DNA of 53,957 nucleotides, the filler included, from Porpidia crustulata (taxonomy: Eukaryota): the NCBI GenBank assembly GCA_964255105.1. It is 3 parts of 3 records of this genome, joined end to end, with 100 filler letters (N's around TTAATTAATTAA, not from the genome) between each part and the next. Parts side by side here need not be neighbours in the genome. Positions count along the whole stretch, not along the records: positions 18,041 to 35,954 come from CAXUWE010000199.1; positions 36,055 to 53,957 come from CAXUWE010000200.1; 1 more part is not named here. One strand, written 5' to 3'. Positions 28,807 through 39,980 of this stretch are shown piece after piece. The first letter of the stretch is position 1. The number at the start of each line of letters is the position of its first letter. The notes below the pieces were generated by a model, which saw nothing but the letters and a program-made list of their open reading frames with translations, did no database searches and was not told the DNA's origin. A program made the position numbers and the translations under genes.

Positions 28807-30106
28807 ATGGCTCCTAGGCCTGATATCGTTGTGCCAGAGCGTACCTCCTCAAGGTTCGCCCTCGAGCAGAAACGCATGTATCTCAAAGAAAGCCTAACAG
28901 AATTGAAGAAGAACCTTTCCTCAATCTCATTTGACGTCTCCCCAGTCGAGTACCATAAGACAAAAATAGCCGAGATCGAGATAGAGATAGAAGACCAGAA
29001 AATGCATAAAGCTTGGCTGGACATTGAATATGCAGAGCGAAAATTGACCGATACTAACTTCACCAAAGCACATCGCAACACCAACCGGCGAATCATAAGT
29101 CTTGGCGATGAATTATGGAAGCAGAGAAAAGCCCTTCGGCAATTGGAAGAAAATCGCGGACTGGCGCCTTCTTTAGGACCGGATACTGAGGAGGGCTTTG
29201 TGTTCGCACATCTGGCACTATACAAAGATTCATTCTCCACTAAGCGCTCCACAAGAGAGCAGACTGTGATGCGAAAAGCAGCTATCGAGACCTACGGTTC
29301 TACAGATGCAGCCCCGCCTGGCAAGCTATGGTGTCCCATCTCGCAGGATTATTTCGATGCAACTGGTATGCGAGCTGCTCACATAGTGCCGAGGATGCTC
29401 GGGCCTGCAGTGCTGGATTATATATTCAGGGCTGGCACAGGGTCTCGCCTGAACACGGCCGACAATTTTCTCATTGTTCATAATACCGCAGAAATACAAA
29501 TGGATAATGCAAATTTTGTATTAGTGCCAGTCGATCAATCCGAATCGCCACTTAAGACTTGGAAGATTTGTGCCACAACCACATTGCTGGTAGGAATGCT
29601 GATATTGGGCGTCGTCTTCTCATCGACGTAGACGGGCAGACAGTCAAATTCAAGACCAGAACCGACCCGCCGCACGATTTTTATATTACCATTTCGTCAC
29701 AACTCTGCTTCGCAACAAGCGAGACCGGCAGCCCGGATGGGAAGAGTTTTGGCTCAACCTGCCAACGGGTAAGCCTTTCGGGACTCCGGGACGGTACATG
29801 CGAGAATCGATGCTGTTGACGCTCGCCAAGAGCGCTGGAGATGTAAACGCTGATCAAGCAGCGAGATTGCTGGGGGAGTCGGGACAATCGACATTCGAAT
29901 AGAAGGGGAAGCTGGAGGAAAAGGAAGAGCTCGAGATTGGTAGACGCGTATTTGCGATTCATCAAGAAACAAAGTACAAAGGCGATGACGAAGATGACGC
30001 TCAGAAGAAAAACGACGGCGCAGAAACCAGCGATGAGGAGGAAGACGGTGACGACGAGGAAGACAGCGACGACGAGGAAGACAGCGATGACGAGGAAGAT
30101 CAATGA
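28807..30106 (+). pseudogene. Fungal HNH (HNH_2-like) nuclease-domain gene with two frameshifts and a premature stop
   Basis: Frame 1 gives 'LWCPIS...AAHIVP...NTADNFLIVH...WKI'. The next frame gives 'IDVDGQTVKFKT' and the third 'RPAARFLYYHFVTTLLR...GTPGRYMRESML'. TAG at 29900-29902, then an acidic tail to TGA 30104-30106. Confidence 0.75.
30031..30100 (+). repeat. 18-bp imperfect tandem repeat (GAYGACGAGGAAGACAGC) encoding DDEEDS acidic tail
   Basis: About four copies directly visible. Confidence 0.75.
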
Positions 30107-31702
30107 GAAACATGACAGATGTGCAGTCAGTATAGTCTTGATAGGTATTAGAGCGTCGCGAAAGAAATTTTATGATGGCACTCTATCGCTCCTGTCTTAT
30201 TGAGAATCTTCATACGCTAGAGAAGAATCAACATTTACTACTATTACCGCTCGATCTGGACGATTCTTTCGATCGACGTTCAATGAGGCGTGTGGGAGTA
30301 TCGCTTTATGGAAGAGAAAGAGGATGGGTACTTTAGTGGAGAGTATGTCGATTAGTGTTAGGCAAACCGCTAGGACGGCGCTGGATGTGGGTCTGTGACT
30401 TGGGGAAGGCTGTATTGGATGATCAGCTAATAATGATGCAGGACATTCACATATAAAGAGAGAATGCAACACTGGCTAGGCTCACGGCACAACTTGTACG
30501 ATTGAGTAGGGAAGATGAAGATGATGAGTTGGAATATTCGTTCAAAGTGGTGTGTAATATCTATTCTATTTGCGATCCATTGTCATGAGGAGGCGCCGAA
30601 TTCTGTTATTGATGGGATCCAGGCCCTGAAGGACCGCCGTTTGAGCTAATGAAGTACATGGGCGATTCAATTGCGGGATCCGTCTGCTTTTGGCTCATCA
30701 CTCCCTGCCACGGCACTGTTGCTGCCCCTTTCTCCTCTATACACGTACTTTCCTTTAGAAGTGGGATTCGTCGACACAGTTCCAATCCCATGCCATGGCT
30801 GTTGCCGCATGGACTCTTCTGTCCATCGCTGCATAGCTGGCGAAACATCTATCGCCAATGTCTGCTGAGATCCCTTTCGATGTAGGGCGTTGCTCCCAGC
30901 TGACCGATCTCGATCTAAGGTATTGAGGGCAATCAAGGGTGGAATGTTGTTTGCCTAGGTTGCTGGTAAGATATTGGGACACAGCACAAAAGGAGTTTTC
31001 TTCAAGAGACTCACTACTCTCTTCCTTTCCTCTAGCTCATTCTTGCCCTTGTGTCCCGGTTCATGGCGCTCATTTGAGCTGTGCTGTTGCTCGCCCTGGT
31101 TTGGCATGGTAGGAATGTTCTATTACTCATATCGGTCAGCGTTTCTAATAGTACACTACTGACAGTCGTCCTTACTCAAAGACTTTTGAGATAATTGGAT
31201 TCTTATGGCTCTTGGGCAAAAGTGGAAATTGGAATTTTGGAAAGAGGACCAGAGTGGAAAGCGGGTTCTTCTTATAAGGACACATTGCCAGCTCGCCATC
31301 GAGGCTAATTCGCTGTTCCAAGATATCATATATCCTTTTTGTTTGCAGGATAGGTCCAAGCTGTAATGTACAACCACATTCATAGCCATTCTGATGGCTC
31401 GGTTCGGTTAGCTGGGGATTAAACCTAGCCCGAAATGCTTTAATATCTCCTTTTTGACCGCTAATCGAATACGACTTAGTCAAAGTATCCTCCAATGAGC
31501 TGGATTGCTTCTTCAGAAACAAGCAAATCGAGGCAACCCAGGTACCCAAGTAATCTTTGCAAGGAGGAGTTTTCAGCTACTCCTCCCTATTTTGTACTAT
31601 CGCATTTCATCTTTCACCTCTGGCACCAAATATGCATTGATTCCTACAAACGCAGTATTGAGCGCTCCATAATTAGCAGATCAAAGATCCTACAAGTATA
31701 GA

Positions 31703-34700
31703 ATGGCTACTCGAACAGGGCGGCCCATCGTAAACGCCTCGTCGCAAACCCAACGCGCACGGCGTATCCCTGACCAAGAATGGGACGGCTGGCGTGAAAA
31801 GCTGGTCAGGCTGTATGTGGAGGAAGGTGTATCACGTAAAGAGATAATCGAAATCATGGCTAAAGAGCACAATTTTGTGATAACGTAAGTCAAGACTTGT
31901 CAATAATTTGATGGCATCTTTCTAGTAGAACTCATTAATGAAATGACAGCGACACACAACTCAAGCATCGATTTGGAAAATGGGATGTCAAGAAATTTAT
32001 CAATGATGCTGATATGGCAGTCATTTTATCTTTGAAAAGGAAACGTCAAGCAATGGGCAAAGATATTCTTTTCCAGTATAAAGGGCATATTGTTGAGCAG
32101 GAGCGCGTTGAGCGCGCGTTCAAGCGACGAAAAGATCCTCTCCCATCCCCGACTTGTGAGTGATTAAAAGATTCCTGCAACAAAATCCATTACTTACTTG
32201 ATCTTACAGTCATCCCTGCCTATATTAGAACCTATCAGTCGCGACATTCGAGTCCCCAACGGCCTGTCGATGCCCTTTCAAGTGGTCAGCAAATTGTTGT
32301 TGATGGCAGAGGAACACCAAACTCCGGTGGAACAGCTTACAATTCTCAAAATATGCAACGACGGGGATTCCCGATTAGTGCCATGCCTTCTTTTGATTCA
32401 GCCCTGAACATTGAACTAGCATTTCCTCATGTCATGGACTCAGCTGAAGCTTCCGCAGCCTTAAACGATATGACCATGGTCGATGCTCCTGTTCCCTCGA
32501 TTATTGAGTCGGTTGAGACAATTGAGCAGAACAATCCTTTCCAGACCTGCGAATTGGAGTCTGCAAGCTATGGTACTAATATGGAGCAGATCTTGGATGA
32601 GCTCTTCCCAAGGAATTCCCCTACACGACAGTCGAGAAATAGCAGCGTTCGCCTGTCCGACACGGATTGGCAGGCATTTATGAATTGGTCGCCAGACATG
32701 CTCTCGTCAATTGGAGCATCGGGTGGGACCGTTAGCCCAGCATATCGCCCGTTATCAACATTACCCTCTCGTCGCAGTGACAGTAGTCCTAGCCGTCAGG
32801 GCTTCACCACTAATTACAGATCCGAACGTCCAGATTCATTAAGCCGCTTGATGTCAACAGACGTTGATGCAGAAGTTCAGAATAAAGGTCCCATCATCGC
32901 GGACGGCATAGATCCTACGACACTCGTCCTACCACTTCAACTCATGAATTTGCACCCTACAAAGTGCCACAATATACGTGCACAATCACAACAGTACTCA
33001 GAAAATTCTGTTATTTCTATTCGCGATGATTTAGGTCGTAATAGATGGTTAGAGCCTGAGCTTGAAGACCTTCTCTGTTGGAGCTGTAAATCATTTGCGA
33101 AAGCTGTCCGTAAACGCCAGTCAACAAGAAAAGGGCATAACGATCTACTTGATGGAGAAATTGGCGAATCCAGTGAAAGCCGAGTTTCATCAAGCCCCAG
33201 TGGTCGAGCTAGGAAGAGAAGCTGGCCCGTATCTAATTTCCAACCAAGAAGGACAGGTTATTCTCTGAGTGTCTCACGGGTAGGCATACTTCGAGCAACA
33301 CTTGGTATTGTACTCAATAAAGGATCTAATACTAACGCTTCAGATGACTTTGTCGTGCTAAACCTCAAATTCATGCCTGCCGGGAATGAGCGTACGCAGG
33401 GGGTGTGTGCGACATTTGTCAGAGCAGTAAATGAACTTGCAGAGCCTCGTATCTGTCCATATGTTGCAGTATTCAATGTTGTTCCTGGTGATTCGGAGAT
33501 TTTTCGGTGCGTGTCATACAATGATCTGCCTGGTATTCAGAAGCTTTTCGACAACGGGGAAGCGTCTCCTACGGATGTCGATAAATCTGGGTTCTCTCTG
33601 CTATCGGTGAGGGTCCAAGCTATGCCATCCAACTTCGAGGGCTAATTCGGAAACTTAGTATGCTATTGACTTTGGCTGTTCGGATGTTTTTCGATTTCTC
33701 CTCGATGGTGGAGCCGATACGCAGAATTGTAAATTGTACGTCCTCCGTGCTACATAGCTTCAACACTGCAGCAGAGCTGATTACATACGTAGGTATAACC
33801 AGACAACTGATCTGATTTGCCTCATATGGCTTTCATTTCAAAATGTCGGTTTCGGCGAGCGCATGATCGACAGCAACGAGATATATCTTCAAGACTTTAA
33901 TCAGTGCGTGAGCATGACAGACATGGCTCTTCGCCATGGCTGCGATATTCATAACACAGTTCCCTGTAATTCTAACATACCCAATCCATTATTTCTTATC
34001 AGCAACTGCCTCGACCTCCCCGATACGTACGCTCCAGCTCATGAAGAAGCCCTAATTTACTTCCTCAAGATTGGGTATGATATGGAGGAGCGCAATGAGC
34101 AAGGACTGACGCTATTGCTTGACTTAGCGATGACTCTCACACCATCAGTCATAAAGCTTCCCAAGATTTTAATCAAGAAAGGAACCGAAATTCATGCAGT
34201 TGATATACATGGCTGTGGTGTTTTACATCATGCTTTTATGGGGCGTTTAAGCGACTGGAACCCCATAGGATCCGATTTCTGGGAGAATCTAGGATGTGGT
34301 CTTTGTGAAAGTATTGGGGATCTAATGCTATGGTTTAAGACCTATGATGAGAGGTATGCAGAAGACTATGATGACTTGAACCATGACCCTGGACCGCTTG
34401 TATACAATAAGCAATCGATGAGACATACTCATAGCCACCGTTTGCTTTCTAACATCCGAAACCGAGACGACGTTTGGGGAGCAGATTATCAGCTGCGCTC
34501 TTCAATGTTCAACCGTCATGAAACGTCAGAGTCGAATCTTCTTTATGGTGGCTGTCAAGCAAATCTGAATTCATGTGGTCAATACCTCGATGATCCTGCT
34601 GCAGACGATATGTTCACTGCGGATACAGACTCTGCAAACAACTTTCGAGATCAATTCTTGATTGAAGAATCAAATGCTTCTACAGAAACTGGCGCTGAGG

Positions 34701-35021
34701 CCGACGACCTCTGTTGTGATTCAAATTAATGGGGAGGATAGAGAATCGAATGATTATGTAATTGACTGGATCACTTGCAAAGACCGTTTTGGCGAGACCC
34801 ATTGGATACAAAACCCATCGCAAGTACTTAAAAAGCGTATGAGGTTCAAGTTGCTTACCCTCCTCGAAGCGGGATGTGATCCAAATGTTCTCGACAATGA
34901 AGGTGAACCGCCCAGTGACTACGCTAGACGGAAGAATTTATGGCCGCAATGGACATGGGCACTTCTCAACGCAGGGTATATCTATGACGTGGTAAAAGAC
35001 AGTTGGGTGCGCAGAGTATAG
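31703..35021 (+). CDS. Clr5-domain protein with C-terminal ankyrin-like repeats; multi-exon, apparent frameshift near 34720
   Basis: Clr5-like 'EWDGWREKLVRLYVEEGVSRKEIIEIMAKEHNFVIT|DTQLKHRFGKWDVKK'. Introns start at 31885, 32156, 33607 and ~33736 and keep frame. Ankyrin-like 'IQKLFDNGEASPTDVDKSGFSLL', 'AVDIHGCGVLH', 'LLEAGCDPNVLDNEGEPPSDYA' (the last in a different frame). Confidence 0.72.
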
Positions 35022-35954
35022 GGGGTGATGTCTCTTCTCTAGGAAATACCGCGGTGGCTACATCCAGACCTTAACACCATCACTTTGACCATTTCGAATG
35101 GGAGTGGATACTTTCGATTGTAGTGATGATAGGAATGTGATATCACGGCTACAAGTGAGCGTTCAAGCAAAGACTATTACCTCTAAAATGCTTCCAACCC
35201 GATGAACCGGCCTCATAAATGAGATCCACTCCCTTGATGCTGGAGTATCTGCCTTGAGCAAAAGGATATCTTTTGAAAGATCAGCGGGAATCATGGCCAA
35301 GATCAATAAATCTATCATGAATCAGAGATTTCGTTAAGCAATCCTGAAGTCAAACTGGAAAGTAACAGCAGCAAGCCGGCAAAGCAAGTCAAAGGTCTCG
35401 GAGATCAAGCGGCAAAGCCTAGGCGATATATCCTGTACACTGTGCCCTCCGTCTTGCCTAGTAAAGTGATGTTCCTAATAACAGGAAGCGACATCTCAAC
35501 GTATGCAGACGGTAAATCTTTACAGCACTGAAGCAACGCTGAAAAGGGTCTCGAGGCTTTTCGGGAAATCGGTAGTTATTGTTGTCTAATATAACACAAT
35601 CTTATAAGCTACTGTGCGATACGTACGAACGCTTAACAACCCGTTTCCAAAATTCTAACTATTCTTGCTCATCGTATCCACGAAGTGACTTCCTAGCCAC
35701 GAAATCCAAATCTTCCCCCTCTCCGCTCCCACAGCCTCTACATCGTTCAACATCCCAAATCCCCCCCACAAGTATCTGCTATCATACTCCCCACCTAACA
35801 CCCACAATCTCCATCTCCATCATCATCCTGGTTTCACTTCTCACATCCCAAATTCCTTCACTTGCTCCTTTTTCAATTGAATAGAGCGTCATTCTGATCG
35901 ATGCTCGCGAGGGGTTGCTGGGCTGGAGATTTTCGCGCGGTTTGGGTGGAGGTT

Positions 35955-36054
35955 NNNNNNNNNNNNNNNNNNNNNNNNNNNNNNNNNNNNNNNNNNNNTT
36001 AATTAATTAANNNNNNNNNNNNNNNNNNNNNNNNNNNNNNNNNNNNNNNNNNNN
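35955..36054. other. Artificial scaffold spacer (N44-TTAATTAATTAA-N44)
   Basis: Same 100-bp spacer, with the linker at 35999-36010. Confidence 0.97.
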
Positions 36055-36057
36055 GGG

Positions 36058-37223
36058 CTAACCAGTTGATGAGGTTAGGGAGATGTTGGTGTCTGGAGGT
36101 TCGGTGACGCTGATGATGTATTCGTGCTGCTGCAGGGTTTTGTTGTCGTCGACGGTGTATAGCATGAGGTGCTTGCCAACGCGGTAGCTGACAAGAGCCA
36201 GGGCGAATGTTGATCCACTCGGGTGGGAGAATCCGAATTTATCAACGGTCCAAGGCATGCTGCTTGTTGTGCTGTTGCTGGCGTAGCGAGCTTGAGTGAT
36301 GCCATCTGCGAAGTTTTGTTCCTGGAGTAAAACAACCAGTTCTTGCGATACGTTTTGGATGTTCTGGGTCCAATACGCGGCAAGGAAGGTGGAATTGATC
36401 CCCGTGTAGCGTCCGTTGAGATCGTCGTCTTTCCAGCCTTGGGCGTCTTCAGCTGAATTTTGGCGTGTCAGGAGTCCATCGTCCGGTGACATGTAGCACA
36501 AATTCTTGACCTATAGGTTGTTTGTTCATTAATTTTGAGAGAACAAAAGGTAGGAGGTACGTACAATTGGGTAGCGAGTACTAGCATAGAGGTATCCGAC
36601 CATTACTGCGATGGGTGTATTAGGCTTGACAGCACGGCTGACAATAGTCACCCCCCAGGCTGTACTGGATTCGGTGCTATTATCCTTGGCAGATTCTCGA
36701 ATCTTATTGTTATTGTCTTGGTAATAAAGTTTGTTGTGCGAGGTGCCATTGGGATCAGTCCATTGCGTTACCGCCAAGCCCGTGTTTGCATATGGTGCTT
36801 GAGTAGCTGACGTAATTAAGGAATTATTGGAGATGAATTTGGCATAGGAGTGGTAGTAGCAGCCTGTTTTCTATTACGCGCAGCCATAGTCCCACCGACA
36901 CCACCACCAATTGCGACTGCCAGTATGATTACGACCATCACTGACAACAGTATAAAAAACGTTTTGCGCTTCATGCCAAGGATGCTGCGCGCCTCTGTAG
37001 GACTTGATGCTTTGGATTGCAAGCCATGACCATCGACAACAACTGGTTGCTCGCCAGCATTGTCGTAGCGGATGATTTTCTCATTCTTGGGATCCTGGCC
37101 CACGATAGGAGCAGCATTGCCATTGTTCTCCAGCCAACGGTTATGGTTAATTTTTAAAGTGCTATGTTAGATGTCCTCTGATGCCGGTATGAGTCCTGTC
37201 ATCAATGGCCTCGATTCTGCCAT
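36058..37223 (-). pseudogene. Type II membrane protein with fungal fucose-lectin-like beta-propeller ectodomain; disrupted and abutting a gap
   Basis: TM 'ILGMKRKTFFILLSVMVVIILAVAIGGGVGG'; ectodomain 'TGLAVTQWTD...KLYYQDNNNKIRES', 'LVVLLQE', 'LMLYTVDDNKTLQQHEY'. In-frame TAA at 37167-37169 and a frameshift at ~36830. Confidence 0.6.
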
Positions 37224-39980
37224 GACATTGAATGTATTAGGGATTTTGACGACAGTTAGTTGCTGTGTCCTATAAATTAAGATACTGAATAATCGTCCGA
37301 TTTAGTTAGTGCGGCTTTAACGTCGTTGAATACTCGGTACTAATGTGCCACTGTGCTATACATAATCATAATCTTGATAAACAGAAGACGGGCCAGGAAG
37401 AATTGCAAAGTTTGAGACTGCCTCATGGATTCAAAAGAAATCTGAACTAGAGAAGAACTGACGGTGAAGTTTGACAGGGTGACAGCAGGCAGGAGGTATG
37501 CACCAAGGCGGCAAAGTAGCTGAAGGATCGGCTCGAAATTGGCGATCGAAAATCAAAAGGGATGAGGCTTGAAAATTCATCACTACGTCAATCAAACAAC
37601 ATCTTCGAGCCGCTCTGTTACCCTGACCTCGCCTCATTATTCCCAATATAAGATGGTAGCATCTTGGTGTGCCGGTTCGTTAGCATAGCAATCGAGTCAG
37701 ACCGACGTGACCAAGGCTCTGGCCTGCATGGTGATATTGTGATATGATTGCACGCTTACATGCCACAGTGTAGTGAGTGGGTGGCGCAAGAACACGGTAT
37801 GACGCCGATAGCTTCTTCTTGTTTTCTGACGAATCTGGCTTATCGCCATTTTTAGCTTAATGTAGACATGGCGACTCCGGCTCTCGCAGTGGATCTTTCT
37901 GCAGTGCGAAGACCAGAAGGAGTGATAGCGCAGGTTTATTGGCCTTCCTTATTATTCATATGTATTGTTCCAATAAGCGGATAGGAGGCAGTGCCATTTA
38001 CGATAATGGACTTGGAAGTGCCAAGAAAGTGGATTACTGAGATGGTTGAGGATTCCGCCGGATATGTGACGAAGCCGTGCGCGAAGGATTCTATCCCTGC
38101 CGCCACCGCATTTCTGCAAAAGCTAGATATTCACTGATGCCAATCCTGTCCATAGTAAGCAGGAAGGTAAATTCTAAGCATTCGAAAATCCTTGAATACA
38201 TCACGACGTGTCGATGTCTGTGAATAGAAAAGTCGTTGCTTCGAGTACAGTTTGCATTGTTTGTTGAGTACAGCTCGTTAAACGATGCGCTACAACTTAA
38301 GCGCAGTCTCAGCCTCTTAGGTGCAGTGGCTGGGTGGCGCGAGTGATACTGAAGTCGTTTACTAGTCCCGCCTAAACGGTCCGCTACACCTAGGGTTAGG
38401 GCTATATCGACTAGTTCTGATGAGGGCGAACAGTTGAGGGGTGTGGACCGTTGCGGGTGTGGGAACGAGTATCACTCGAAGCGTGAATTTCGAATTTCTT
38501 CGGAGCTACATCATTACTTTGAACGGATGTTACTGACTGCTCTCGGCATGATATACGGAAACGAATCAACCCCACTGTGACACAATCACTTTGCGCCTTC
38601 GAACATTCGAGTATTTTTATACTGAGCGTCCTTATTGCCCGCCAACTTCCTGCTTGTCAAGGACGGATGGCATACATAGACGGGATTGGCATCGTTGATC
38701 AGAGCTGGATTTTGCCGGGGCATTACAGACCTATGCTCCCCATACTTCCCCCCCTATCTACATATCCTCCCGATGTTCATTTGACTTTCCCCTGTACACG
38801 TTCTTCAGCTGCCTGAACACACGTCAAAGATGAAGCAAAGGATCAATTTAGGAAGAATCCATCCGCAAGGCTTTGTCCGTCGATGTTAATCAAATCTCGA
38901 GAATGCCGATACTCGGGGTCGCGAAGGAGATATAAAAGTAATTAGAGATGTCGAAATGGGCTGAGCTTGATCATCGAACCAATCAGCTTGTAAGTATATT
39001 CAACGACAAACGTAGAACCTTCACTGTAAATCTCACGGGAAGAATTCAAAGTCAACGCTCTATTGTCCTACTTCAGCCTGTACCGTCGTGGCATTCGGAT
39101 TCGAAGATATTCAAAATGATTTATCGATGTTCGATTGGCACTTTCAGTCAGCCTACCCATCCCAAGCGCCATACCAGGATGAGCAGCATATCAAGCTCTC
39201 CTGGTACCCGCTTTCCAACCTCATGGGAGAAATGCAAGTCTTTGAATGGAATAAGCGATGCCGCCACTTTTACTGTAGTACTCTAGAACACGCGGGAATC
39301 CAACCAGAAATCTTGGCAGAAGGCCGCTTCAGCTCGATCGCGTGTTGTTCTTGAAGAAACGAGAAGTGTCGGCCGATATCAGCTGCTGTCACATAGATAT
39401 TTAGATGTTGTAGCTGGAATCATAGAGATGAAAGTGGAGACGGAAAGATGATACTGAGATAGGGAAAGTGCTTCGATGATGTAGAGGATGAATGATTACT
39501 TAGTCATCGATAGGTCGCTGGCTTCTGCGATGAATCTCGATGTGATAGAGCATTGAATAAGTCGAAGATTGTCGACGTATCCGTTTTGTCCCTTTCTCGA
39601 GGAGTCCTATGGTGAGGTACTATTGCATCTTGCGAGGTTTATATGAGTAACATTCAGGGGAGATTCAGTTAAAGTCATGAGAGCAAAAAGAAGAGGACAG
39701 ATATTAGTGATTTCGAATTATCTTTGTAAGTGGTCAGTCAGTGCATGGTACTGAACGCTTAGCTAGCGATATCGACATATATTTGTCTCATTTGCGGAAA
39801 ACTCTACGCCAGAATTTGAGAGGTATATGACAAACTAAACCAAAGAGCTATGCGCTAGAGGAATAATCTTCATTTACGTCGTTCTATCCTCTTACTCTAC
39901 TCTGACAGTCATAGATTCTAGATTGGAAACGTTAATGCGCTGGTGATAATCCTGACGAGGGCTGAAGCCTAGACGATTCA

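Noticed and set aside
30197..31549. Chain of minus-strand ORFs as a gene
   Set aside because: No recognisable motif or consistent splice model; it may be a relic but cannot be supported.
38390..38402. Telomere-like ctagggttaggg (similar short motifs at ~27513 and ~28551)
   Set aside because: At most two units, which is too short to distinguish from chance or ordinary promoter motifs.
38577..39354. Short plus-strand ORFs as a gene
   Set aside because: Fragments lie in different frames without motifs or clear introns.
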